Part shown: positions 14,929-27,265 of the stretch, in pieces
How the letters are laid out: the number at the start of each line of letters is the position of its first letter
Numbering within the stretch: position 1 is the first letter of the stretch
NCBI GenBank assembly: GCA_951406725.2
Contig: OX597825.1
Span: 65,410,001-65,474,000 of the forward strand
Length of the DNA: 64,000 nucleotides
Reading direction: 5' to 3'
From: Octopus vulgaris
Taxonomy: Eukaryota
The notes under the pieces: model-generated
Database searches by the model: none
The model's input: the letters and a program-made list of their open reading frames with translations, nothing else
What the model was told of the DNA's origin: nothing
Made by a program: the position numbers and the translations under genes

Positions 14929-15275
14929 CAATAATCCCTCGACTATCGCGGGTGTTACATTCCAAAACCCACCGCGATAGGTGAAAATCAGCGAAGTAGA
15001 AACAGTATTGTACGGTATTTTTTTTCTATTATTCTTAAAATTTGTATATATTTATTTTATTATAAATACAAAACAACACCACAGAGGAATCGGCCTAAGC
15101 TTAAATAATAATCCGCGAAGTAGAAACAGTATTGTACTGTATTTTTTTTACTATTATTCTTAAAATTTGTATATATTTATTTTATTATAAATACAAAACA
15201 ACACCACAGAGGAATTGACCTAAGCTTATATAATAAACCGCGATAGGTGAACCGCAATATGGCGAGGGATTACTG
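14929..15275. mobile_element. pogo/Tigger-like MITE with internal ~124-bp tandem duplication
   Basis: TA|CAATAATCCCTCG ... CGAGGGATTACTG|TA; the unit beginning gcgaagtagaaacagtattgtac occurs at 14991 and 15115. Confidence 0.8.
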
Positions 15276-15815
15276 TATTGGTGGTGATGAATCTTCGTCG
15301 TTCCACGAGATCTTAGATGTACGATCAATTGTTCCTGAGTCAACGTGAGTTGCTGCGCATTTCGCAGACATGTATATCATTTAACATAGTTCTGAGCATG
15401 ACATAGTGGCACACTTCCATCAAATGGGCTTCTATGCAGTTTCCATCAAACCAAAGTCACTCACAAAGTATGATAAAAGTAAAGATAAAGTTACCTTCTC
15501 GAATCATGTCGACTCACAAGGGCCAGTTTCCCGGTTTCCGTGACATATATATATATATATTTCCCTCACCTGGACAGGTTGCCGGCCTGTCACAGGATTA
15601 TTCATTTTTGCCAACTGAGTGGACAGGAGTAACGTGAAACGAGGTGCTTTGCTCTAAAACACAACGCGTTGCCTGGTCCATAAACCGAAACCACAATCTT
15701 ACGATCATGGGTCCTGCATCCAAACCAATAAACCACGCAGCTCCATACACACAAGGTGAGGAGTCGACCTTAAACTACAGAAAATGGCATTTGCCCAAGA
15801 TGTTATTCAGTGAGA

Positions 15816-16205
15816 GGTGGAGGCGCAATGGCCCAGTGGTTAGGGCACCGGACTCGCGCTCATAAGATCGCGGTTTCGATTCCCAGACCGGGCGTTGTGG
15901 GTGTTTATTGAGCGAAAACACCTAAAAGCTCCACGAGGCTCCCCCAGGGGATGGTGGTGATCCCTGCTGTACTCTTTCACCACAATTTTCTCTCACTCTT
16001 ACTTCCTGTTTCTGTTGTACCTGTATTTCAAAGGGCCGGCCTTGTCACTCTCTGTGTCACGCTGAATATCCCCGAGAACTACGTTAAGGGTACACCTGTC
16101 TGTGGAGTGCTCAGCCACTTACACGTTAATTTCACGAGCAGGCTGTTCCGTTGATTCGGATCAACCGGAACCCTCATCGTCGTAACCGACGGAGTGCTTC
16201 CATCC
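15816..16205 (+). mobile_element. tRNA(Arg)-like SINE (family B, alternative 3' tail), young copy
   Basis: 11-bp TSD attcagtgaga (15805-15815, 16206-16216); (catc)n tail. Confidence 0.9.
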
Positions 16206-18300
16206 ATTCAGTGAGACCCTGGACCCTATGATTCCAAGGATATTCAAGTCATTTAAACATTTGAATCCGCTAGTATGCTTTAGTACGCCTTAGCAGGTTG
16301 AGTTTCATTTTACTATAACCCATAGAAGATGCAAAATAGGTTGGCCACATAGTTTTGAGCACACAGTTTTACATCTGAAAAATAATGATTGTTCTACTAA
16401 TTAGCTAGCCATAAACACAAAGCCATGAGGTTGCCCACTTATGCGTCTTCTAAGGGTATAGTCAAATGAAAGCGCATCCGCTAACGCCTACTAGAAGGTT
16501 CAAAGGGTTAAAACACACAAGCCATTATAATTACATTTCGTTTATTTCGTCACAGCACAATCTATTATAAAGTATCAAAATTCGATTAACATAAAGTTTA
16601 GGGGATTTTTAAAATTATGAATCTAATTTAACCGGAAGTTACGACATTGACATGCCATAATTTCCATACAAAGGCAATAAAAGGGTGATGGATGCTTGCC
16701 AAGAAGAACTCAGGCAACAACTTGGGTCTATCGATGCTTTATTTTCGTCATATTTTCACGAACAGATGCAGCAAAACAAATTTAAAGATTGTGAAATATC
16801 TAATCGTAAATCTCATTTCATGCATCAACGGCTGTCATGTTTACCCGTAAAAGTGATTGTTTTCATCTGATATAAAATGTGTAGGAGGTTTATATTATAT
16901 AAACTATATACACAGATGTGGCTGTGTGGTTAAAATGCATGCTTTCCAACCATTGCCCTGTAATTTGAACAAGGATTTTCTACAATAAATCCGAGTCAAA
17001 CAAAGCCGTGGGAGTGATTTTAGTAGACAGAAACTGACAGAAGCTCATGGAGTTTTTATGCCCTTTTTTAACATCATAAGATAGTTGTAAACGATCTTCA
17101 CTGTCATACAAGCGATGTCGTTCGTTATAAGCCTTCCATTGAAAAACGTTTGACCATGAAAATTATTACATTGTTTACAAACAAGTAAGAGTTGAGAATA
17201 GGAAAGGCGTCGTTTTGTAGAAAATCTGCCCTAACACATTCCGTCTGATCCATGCGAGTATGGAAATACGGACGTTAAAAAATAATGAATGAGGATATTG
17301 TGTAGACCGATTATGCTATATAGATTGTTTACATGAAATTATCGGATTTCTTAGTCGTCACTACCAGTCAATTTGCATTCGGTTTGTGAACCCCTGACGT
17401 GCATATTCACACAAACAATTTTCGCTGCATACTTTTCAAACATGAAATATGAGCTACAGTGGTGATGTTCTCATTGACCTGGACACAGAATTGCGACGAA
17501 ACCTTTTCACACGGTTTAATCTATAATATTGCAATTCAATCTGTAATATAGTGTATATACTTTTAAACCATATGATAGAATGTACTTTAAGAACTACTAT
17601 AAAAATCATTGTAGCAGTTCTGTGAGTGTTTTTAAGTGGTTAATATGTGACTGCCATAAAGTAATTGTTTGTATACAGACTATGTTTTTAATACGAATGA
17701 ACAAACATTATTATGCCAGTATTCAAATGTTCGTGTGGGTATGTCTATTTGCCAAGAAATATGTATGTGAATATGTGTGTTTGTATACGTATGTAAATAT
17801 ACATTAGGATAAACATTTATTTAATCGACGCAATTGTGTCCAAGAAGCAGCAGTTTGACCTTGCGTGACTAGAGGTTACTGACCATGCCTGAAATTATTG
17901 TTTAGGCTTGGCGCATATATGCATGTATGTGAGGAAGTATGTGTGCGTTGTGCGTGAAAGTGTATCACTGTATACACATACATGGATGCGTATATTGGGA
18001 ATGGAACTATCTGTTGTATATATCCATGAATATTTATTTAGATAAACATTCACAAATGGTTATTTCCACTTTTTTCTGTCTCACTTAACACATACACTAT
18101 TTTTCATTCACACATACACGCGCGCGCGCACGCACATGCACAAACACGTACGCACACACACATAAATGTACGTGTATAAATGTGCATATACATATACATG
18201 CATACAGGCATCTTTATGTATATGTATATATATATATGTGTGTGTGTGTAAGTGTAGATATACAATGTGTGTGTGTAATATATAAGTATATATATATATA

Positions 18301-19034
18301 TACGCACACTTACATGGTTATAGTATAATTTTTAACGTATCGACCGGTTTTGCAATCGCTATTCATGATACAATGTTTAATTTATATGAAAATATATTTT
18401 TTCTTAAGAAGAAAATGGGTCCATGTTGTTTATAATGAGATTCACGAGTGAATGATTTTACAAGTTGACAAGTAAAGGGAGGTAATTGGTTGTTATTATT
18501 GTTATTGTTGTCTGTAAGGGAGATAACTGTTTAGGTTTTGGGTGGGGAAAAATATGTGTACAGAAAGGAGACAGGTTTTAAAAAAAGTGGGGGCCTTGTT
18601 TACTAGGGGATTTATGTACAGTGGTTTGTCTTTGCACTGGTAGAAAGGGAAGACTGTAAAATTTGGTTTGAAACATTTTTCTATGTGTTCACTAAGAGGT
18701 ATTTGTCTGTATTGCGGGAAACAGATTTGCTCCTTATGCAGGTAATTCTCTTCCTCAAAATTAAACCTTGTTTACTAAATTAGGTTCTCAGAGGAGACTT
18801 TTTAATTGTGAACCTCTGTACAGTGATGTAATACATTTTAACCGTTGGGTTCGTGGTTGTTTTGTAAAGCTTCGCATTTGTTAGTAGTCTCGTTAGCGAT
18901 TTGTCTTGTTTTTTGCAAAATTGGTTATGCGTGCTTATTCAGACGCGTTTTGTATTTTTCAATGAAAAATGAATAGCGATTGCGAAACCGGTCGATACAT
19001 TAAAAATTATACTATAACCATCTAAGGGTGCGTA
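18301..19034. repeat. 66-bp inverted repeat enclosing ~600 bp
   Basis: 18301-18366 is the reverse complement of 18969-19034 with few mismatches. Confidence 0.85.
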
Positions 19035-19143
19035 TTTTCCGTTTTTATTTTTCTTATATATATATGTAAGCGTTTAAGAGTCCGTAGGTTAGGAAAAAAA
19101 GCACTCGTATATCTGTCAATAAAGTGGGTGTATTAATCGAAGT

Positions 19144-19382
19144 GTACAGTGTTATATAACCATTACGGCCGATCTTACAAATCGGTTTGACACTAGGGGT
19201 TCAAAGGATTTTTGGTAACTGTCCGATTATGTAACCCATCAGAGGTAGTCGTTATGGAATTAAATATAGTGATCTCTGATGAGCGCAGGGTTACATGATC
19301 GGACTGTCGCTTAACACTCCGTTAAATACCGAGTGCGAAACCGATTGGTAAGATCGGCTGTAATGGATATATAATACTGTAC
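19144..19382. repeat. Fold-back inverted repeat (~100-bp arms) containing the hammerhead
   Basis: gtacagtgttatataaccattacggccgatcttacaaatcggttt pairs with aaaccgattggtaagatcggctgtaatggatatataatactgtac; gtccgattatgtaaccc pairs with gggttacatgatcggac. Confidence 0.85.
19271..19355 (+). ncRNA. Type I hammerhead ribozyme motif, intact core, long loop 2
   Basis: GATCT-CTGATGA-GCGC-(46 nt)-GTGC-GAAAC-C-GATT-G-GTA-AGATC; stems I, II and III all pair. Confidence 0.8.
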
Positions 19383-19794
19383 GCTTGATGAATATATATT
19401 TATATATATACATACATATATACATATACATGTATGTGCATACACACATTGTTGTGTAGGTGTATATACATATATATGCGTATGTGCATGTATATATTTT
19501 AGGAGAGGGGAAAAGAGAGAGTGCAAGGGAGAGACAGCAAGACACATCGTGAGTTAGACCATTTTTTTTTTGTTTGCATGTGTATGTGTCTGTGTGTCTG
19601 TGTGTGATATTTTGTAGCTTCCTTCGACAATGCATTATAAACAACATGGACCCATTTTCTTATTAAGAAAACATATATTTTCATATAAATTAAACTTTAT
19701 TCGGCTTAAAACTACACTTAGCACAGAAGCAATTGTTCAATCACGTCTATTTCACATATCTCACAACAACACCAACAACAACAACAACAATAAG

Positions 19795-19847
<53 letters not shown>

Positions 19848-20124
19848 CATTTCTTTTTGCCTCAGATTTCTACAGTTCAGCTTCACAATCTCTTCTGCTT
19901 GAATGAAGCTTACCAATGCAATCTACATATGTAGCCTAGATCTGAATATTCCACTTATAAATTTGAAATTTATTCCTTCATATGTGTATGTGTGTGTATG
20001 CGTGTGCGTATGTGTGTGTGCGTGTGTAAGTTCTAAAATATCTCTGCATATATATATCTATGTGTGAGTGCACATATAAATACACGTATAAATATATTTA
20101 TATATATATGTACATACATACATT

Positions 20125-20187
<63 letters not shown>

Positions 20188-20414
20188 CAAGGTAGAAGGA
20201 GAAGAGAGTGAGATAGGCGCATTTACTTTCGCTTTCAATCGTGTCATGCGCATTTGAAGTCTTAAATCCTCACTTAATCGCAAAAACTATAGATACGTAT
20301 AGGTGTTGGCAATGCTATATGGTTCAGTAATTCCCTTCGTAACCATAGAGATTTACGTTTGACCAATGCTCTGTGAATGGAATTTTGTAGGCAGAAACTT
20401 TACTGGAGACTATT

Positions 20415-20456
<42 letters not shown>

Positions 20457-20459
<3 letters not shown>

Positions 20460-20843
20460 GCAGTATAGCCCGGTGTTGCTCGGGTTTGTTTCGACCCTTT
20501 AGAATTGGAATTTTTGAAAAGTAAAAATTTTACATTATGTAGCTTGCTATCCTCTTTAAGTAAACATTTCTCTGGTTGAAATACACCGAAAAATGGCGAC
20601 ACAGCGGTCAAAAAGACGTAAAATAGGGATTTTCATAGAAAATAGAGCACCTTTTTGATGTAAATAATTTTTGGTCTTAACAAGGTCCGATTTCAAATTT
20701 TCTTTTACGGAATAAAGAGCAAGCCCTCTTCTTTCATACTCTCAATTTTGATCAACTTTCCCCGGAGTGTCTCGGAGGAGATAGTGTTAGTTGAAGGCTA
20801 CAAAACCTGCCATACACAGACAACTTCAGCTTTATATATATAT
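20457..20843 (-). mobile_element. Non-autonomous Helitron-like element, same family as 38689
   Basis: Reverse complement of 38689-39044 along its length. Confidence 0.68.
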
Positions 20844-21099
20844 ATTATATATAGGCGCCGGGGCGGATATAGGCGAAGTCATGATTGTGTGATAGGAAGC
20901 TTGGTTCCAGTTTAAGTCTCTCTACATGGCACCTTGGGTGTCTTCTACCACACCTCACTCCCGACCGACCAAAGCCTTGTAAGTGTATTTGATAGACGGA
21001 TACTGAAAGAAGCCCATCGGTCATATATATATATACACACACGTGTGTATATGTGTGTGTGTATATGTGTGCGCGCAGGTGTGTGTTTGTGTATGTGTG

Positions 21100-21486
21100 T
21101 TTTCCGTAGGATGTGTGCAGTGCCCAGTAGTGCAATTTTCTGTATGTTATATATATTTGTAAGTTCTAGTGATTTGTTATGTATTTGACTGAATATTTTT
21201 ATATCATACCTAATGCGCCCACTATGATACGAATTGTTTCTGTTTTTAGATTCCACACTCGAGTTACCTCTATTTCCAGGTCTTTGTATTTTGAAAGTTT
21301 CTCCATTTCTTTTAGAGAAACGTTGTCATCTGCTGGTATTGATACATCAATTAAAAAGCATTCTTTTCTTGTATCTCTGACAACTATATCTGGCCTATTG
21401 TCCATAATTTCTCTATCTGTGTGTATTGGCATATCAGCGAGTATGGTTGCTTTCTCGTTTTCTGTGACCTTTTCTGGTGTGTGCCT
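21100..21486 (-). mobile_element. Second R4/Dong-type RLE fragment
   Basis: MPIHTDREIMDNRPDIVV...LIDVSIP...KYKDL...IQKIALLGTAHILRK; abuts (TTA)n. Confidence 0.85.
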
Positions 21487-21560
21487 ATTATTGTTATCAT
21501 TATTATTATTATTTGTATTATTATTATTATTATTATTATCATTATTATTATTATTATTAT

Positions 21561-21614
<54 letters not shown>

Positions 21615-21628
21615 TAATAATGATAATA

Positions 21629-21669
<41 letters not shown>

Positions 21670-21770
21670 AGATGAAGACGATGATATTATTTGTCATAAG
21701 GGTATGATTTGGAGGGGATATTAGAAGGATATAAAAATATTAATTATTAATTTTCTTTTGTTTTCTATAG

Positions 21771-21989
21771 GTTATATGGCGGAAAGCCTCCGATCCGAAC
21801 CCGCTTACGGTATCAGAAGAGCTTTATGTTGAAGACAGTACGTACAGTGTTCACAGAGTACCTTCTGCACACGAATGGAACCTCCAAATCAAAAATGTTC
21901 AGTGCAAACACAACGGTGTATAATAATGCCAAGTAATAATAATGAAGATCAGAAGACGATGTATTATCTTGTCATAAGGGTATGATTTG
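21771..21989 (+). CDS. Exon encoding the C-terminal part of Ig domain 1 of a Dpr/ZIG-8-like two-Ig protein; 3' end disrupted
   Basis: Acceptor ttttcttttgttttctatag|GTT and donor TTG|gtaagt. Translates VIWRKASDPNPLTVSEELYVEDSTYSVHRVPSAHEWNLQIKNVQCKHNGV**CQV, with the V-x-W, WNLQI and G-x-Y-x-C-Q-V pattern of Dpr/ZIG-8 Ig1, but TAA TAA where Y-E is expected. Absent from the ORF track. Confidence 0.85.
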
Positions 21990-22060
21990 GTAAGTTAGTT
22001 TGTGTTTATTTTGTTTTGTTTTGTTTTTTTACCTCTTTACCATGTCTCTCAATTTATACT

Positions 22061-22438
22061 GTGGAGGCGCAATGGCCCAGTGGTTAGGGCAGCGGACTCG
22101 CGGTTTCGATTCCCAGACCGGGCGTTGTGAGTGTTTATTGAGCGAAAACACCTAAAAGCTCCACGATTCTCCGGCAGGGGATGGTGGTGATCCCTGCTGT
22201 ACTCTTTCACCACAACTTTCTCTCACTCTTACTTCCTGTTTCTGTTGTACCTGTATTTCAAAGGGCCGGCCTTGTCACTCTCTGTGTCACGCTGGATATC
22301 CCCGAGAACTACGTTAAGGGTGCACGTGTCTGTGGAGTGCTCAGCCACTTACACGTTAATTTCACGGGCAGGCTGTTCCGTTGATTCGGATCAACCGGAA
22401 CCCTCATCGTCGTTACCGACGGAGTGCTTCCATCCATC
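22061..22438 (+). mobile_element. tRNA(Arg)-like SINE (family B, alternative 3' tail), young copy
   Basis: TSD caatttatact (22050-22060, 22439-22449); near-identical to 15816-16205; lies 70 bp after the Ig1 donor. Confidence 0.9.
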
Positions 22439-25300
22439 CAATTTATACTATTCCTGTATGCGTTTATAAATTTACTGCAAATACTTTGATGTGCATCCAT
22501 AAAGCTTTTAAAATAAGCCATGCAAACCAGGTGATTTGTCATTCGCACATGCATCAATAAATGTATTTTAGCTGATTCTGAATGCTCTACGAGTGGGCCG
22601 TTGAGAGAGGCATTAACGTACATCGACTCTGGTTTTTGCCATCATTAAACAGCCGATCAAATTGGGTTTTTTACTCTATCATGTCCCTTCCACTCAGTTC
22701 TTTGAAATTATTTTGCATCTGAGACCTATTTCTTTATTGCCCACAAGGGGCTAAACATAGAGGGTACAAACAAGGACAGACAAACGGATTAAGTCGATTA
22801 CATCGACCCCAGTGCGTAACTGGTACTTAATTTATCGACCCCGAAAGGATGAAAGGCAAAGTCGACCTCGGCGGAATTTGAACTCAGAACGTAACGGCAG
22901 ACGAAATACCACTAAGCATTTCGCCCGGCGTGCTAACGATTCTGCCAGCTGAGACCATACAGATTTAGCCAATTTTATAGGATCTGTGGGTAGACTGTTG
23001 ATATAGGCACGAACGTACACCTTTGAGAAGCAACTGCTCAAAGTGACTTTGTTACCTTATCACATCCCTGACATCCGATTCATCAAATGGATTTTGCGTC
23101 TAAAAGCATGCACCTTTGCCCAAACAATGCAGTCCTCATGTTTCATGCCACAGAAAGGATTGAGTGCTATGTTTGGTGCTAGTCCATCAGCCTCAAAGTC
23201 TTTCTTAATTACATCTTCTAATGCAGGTGGCACGTAAAATGCACCAATCCGACCGTGGCCGATGCCAGCCTCGCCTGGCACCAGTGCAGGTGGCACGTAA
23301 AAAGCACCCACTACACTCACGGAGTGGTTGGCGTTAGGAAGGGCATCCAGCTGTAGAAACATTGCCAGATAAGACCGGAGCCTGGTGCAGCCTTCTGGCT
23401 TCCCAGATCCCCGGTTGAAACGTCCAACCCATGCTAGCATGGAGAACGGACGTTAAACGATGATGATGATGATGATGAATCTACTGAAAAAAAATAAAAT
23501 GGCGTCCTTGTATGGCAGTACTTCAATGACTGAAACCAATAAAAGCGTTACATAAACTCTGTTCAGGTTTACTTGACCAGAGCTAACCTGTGGCTCTAGT
23601 CACATTATTCAGTCTTGAATTAATTACTTAGGCTGTTCACGAATGACACTTCCTATGTGGGATATGAACTTCTAAGTCATCAGACATCGTCTTTTCTAAA
23701 CTATTTTAAGAATGTTTTCTGCGCGTGATTTCGATAGTAACTATGAAACATGTATCAAACAAATTCTTTAAAATCTTACTATGAAAAGAACACAATTATA
23801 TTTCTTGTAAATTACTTATAAAGAAAAGGCATTAGCGATTTACTAATTGAAACTAGTGCAACAATGATTGAATTACGAAGATATATTAATATGTTCCATT
23901 TTTTGAAAATGTCTCTCACAAAATAGCTGTAAATGTAAAACGGTTTCGAGGCAAAACACACAAAACGGAATGTCTCCATTTAAACTTATTAGAAATAAGT
24001 TAATAGCATAAGTCTAATGGAAAGAATATTTTATCGATGTTGAAGAATTATTTCAGTTTGCCTAGATTAATTGATATTTTCTGTGAATATTGGTTATTTC
24101 CTAATAATCTTTCATCATCTAAAATAGATGTTTAATACATATGCCTATATGTACATGTGTGTGTGTGTGTGTGGTCTCTCCTGCGAAGATTTAGCAATCA
24201 TATTTTTTCTTTATTAAATTTTATTTGTTGCTATGTATGTATATATATATATATATATATATTTTTAACAATATTCTTTAAATCAATTTATTTTGCAAAA
24301 TGAATATTAAAAGCATTATGGAATTACTTAGTAAAGAATTCTTTGCACTCGGAAAAGGAAAGTGACACTGTGTACTATATAAGTATTTGCAATAAATTCT
24401 ACCGACGTTGTCTATTATTAAAGCCTTGAAGACTATTTTACAATAAAACACTTATTTATCATTCTTTGTTCTGTGGAAAGTAATTCAATCTAAGAATGAA
24501 GATAACTCTTTGATGTGCAAGAAAGAATAACAAAATGGATGACAACAACAGTTTAATCATTTTTTTTTTTTATTATTTTCAGCACGCATAGTTTTACAAT
24601 ACATTACAGAGATTAAATAGTCTGAGATCCGTTAGGTAATAGAAATATGTAGAGAAGTAGAACGAAGTGGCAATCATTGTTGAGCAGTGGACAAAGCGCT
24701 GTCATATTTAGTTAGAACGCTAAGCCTTTGTTTTGATTTCAAAATCAGACGAGGTCAACTTTCACAGTTCTTGTTCTTACTTTTATTGTTTAGTCCCAGG
24801 TCAGCTCTGATCAAGCATAACTATGGGCAAAATTATTCTCAGGAGAAAAAGATAGTGTGTGCTTGTGAGTGTGCTTTACAAAATTTTAACGGATTTGTCA
24901 ATTTTGGTCTCTTGAACAAGATGGCGATGGAATGGCAGAATCACTGGAGCAACAGAAGAAAACGTTTGCTGAATGTTGTAATAGCCATTTTGAATCTGAG
25001 TTGAAATTCTCTTTGAGTTTCACAGTTCACTGTTAACGTGAATAGTGAGGAACAATATAACTAAATATTGTCGCTCCCGTCTACTCAAAAAATTTTTTTC
25101 GCCATTAAAAGATCAAGAAATTAAATCTATTTATCCATATTTTAGGTGCAAGCGTGGCTGTGAGGTTAAGAAGTTTGCTCTGCGCCCACATGGTTTCGTG
25201 GTTCAGTCCCACTGCATGGCAGTTTTGGGAAAATGTGTCCGACTATACACCCAGACTGAACCGACCTATGAATTTCGTAGGCAGAAACAGCGTAAACCCA

Positions 25301-25379
<79 letters not shown>

Positions 25380-26049
25380 TGTATGTATGTATGTATGTAT
25401 GTATGTATGTATTACATATGTGTGTACGTTTATGTGTGTGTGTAAGTGTGTGTGTGTGTTTGTACGTTTATCACTTCCACACTGCCACCTCTTAGCGCTT
25501 TGGCAAAGACGATCGATAGAACCATTGCCAAGTTTAAAAATAAGCACTGGAGGCGATTTTTCGACTAAGTACCCTTCAAAGTTTTGCCCCCAGCATAGCT
25601 AGTATCCAGCCACCGAAACAAGTAAAAAATAAAAAATAAAAGATAATATGCTACAGCTATTACGCACAAGCGAGGTTCACTCGGAATCAGCAAGTGCTAT
25701 GCATTTTGCTAATTTTTTTCATACCGTCGAAGTACTGAGCAAACTCATACACACTCTAGATCTTAAGAATAAAAAGCCAGAACATATTAGATAATGTAGT
25801 CCTAGATACACTACGTCCCAGCAAAATATTGTTAGCTCTTACCAGTAGCACGTTGTGTCCTCTCAAAACCTGACAGAGTGTTAAGATGGACAAATAACGA
25901 GGAATAATAATCGACAAAAGATAACCATCTGGTTAAACAATTTAAGTAAATGCTCATATTTTACATCAGTTAAAATCTAGTGTTATTACTGAAACTTGGG
26001 CCCTGACAAAAACTTTGTAGGAACGATTAGATGGATGCTACTAATTCCG

Positions 26050-26350
26050 CTTATTCCGATGTGTAGTGACTGTCGAATGGCAACAGAGGGCGACCAATGA
26101 AGACCTCTACTGGAACTCTTCCCTGATATCAGAGATGTTCAGAGCGAGGAGACTCCGTTTTACTAGGGACTACTACCGGGTCAGGAACAAATTCATCAGA
26201 GTTGTGTTACTCTGGGAACCAACAATACTTACAGGATCAGATGTCTACCTGCTTCAAAATATGTTGACAGACTAGTGGTCAACAGCAGTCTATTAATTCC
26301 CGAGTTGAAGTCAGCATTGGAGGACAGAGACTATTACAGGAACGTCTGTG
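26050..26350 (+). mobile_element. Decayed RTE-type LINE 3' fragment
   Basis: WQQRATNEDLY...ISEMFRARRLRF...VLLWEP resembles the RTE ORF C-terminus. Confidence 0.6.
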
Positions 26351-26919
26351 CTGACCAAGGGAATTCAATCTCGAAGAGATTGTTTCTATATCTGCAAAAT
26401 GGCAGGTTCGTTAGCATAGTGGATAAAATGCGTAGTAATATTCCTTCCGACTTAACATTCAAAGTTAAAATGACGCAGAGGTTTTTGCCTTTTTTCCTTT
26501 CGAAGTCGATGAAATAAGTACCTTTTGAGCACTGCAATCGGTAAAATCTATTAGTGCCATACCCTAAAATATCAGGACCAAAAAGAAAAAAAAATTAACC
26601 ACTTGGTTCTTCTCTTGTCCAGTTGCACTATGCCACATAAATTCTAGGTGTAAGAATATTTTTAGAGTAAGTAGTATATCTATAACTACATTATGCAATG
26701 TGTTCTAGCATTTTTAAGACGCTGCGTTGGAGATTCGGTTAGTATTTCTGCTAGAACCAATGACCATGTATGGACACATGATCTTATTAATTTAACAGTT
26801 TGAAAGCTTATACAATGAAGTATAAGAAAAATTTCTAAACAATTATATTTCAACGGCTTCTTTATGTTTCGCAATAATTTTTATTTTATGTATCATTTTT
26901 ATTCTATTTCCATTTTCAG

Positions 26920-26940
26920 ACAAACCTCGAAATGATCCAG
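26920..26940 (+). CDS. 21-nt microexon, Ig1-Ig2 linker (xKPRNDP)
   Basis: Polypyrimidine tract ttctatttccattttcag|ACAAACCTCGAAATGATCCAG|gtaaga. Phase 1-1, no stop, joins in frame to the Ig2 exon (G+CA = Ala). Confidence 0.75.
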
Positions 26941-26949
26941 GTAAGATAA

Positions 26950-27265
26950 ACTATTTCTGAAGTTACTATTGCATGCCTGGTGTGTGACTGAAGCACTGAG
27001 TTGTGGATATTGTTATCATTGTTCGACTGGTGAATGGTAGAAGCGGTAGATTACTTCTATTGTTACCAATCCATGGCTGGTGAATGGTAGCAACAGTTGA
27101 TCATTTCTGTCACACCATTGCATGTCTGATGAATGATAGAAGAGCTAAATTATTTCTGCTGCTACAATTGCATGGCTGGTGAATGGTATAAGCAGTTGAT
27201 TATACTTCTGTTAATATGTCATGGCTGGTGTGTGTGCTAGAAAAATTAGATTATTTCTGTTATTC
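26950..27265 (+). repeat. Degenerate ~49-bp minisatellite (about 6 units)
   Basis: Recurrent catggctggtgaatggtag...gattatttctg units; resumes after a SINE at about 27505-27600. Confidence 0.75.

Noticed and set aside
21921-21926. TAA TAA repaired by A-to-I editing or stop-codon reassignment
   Set aside because: Editing UAA can give only UGG (Trp) or other stops, not Tyr-Glu, and a downstream stop and phase error remain.
26950-27265. CRISPR-like array
   Set aside because: Whole units are degenerate copies without unique spacers; eukaryotic context, no cas genes.
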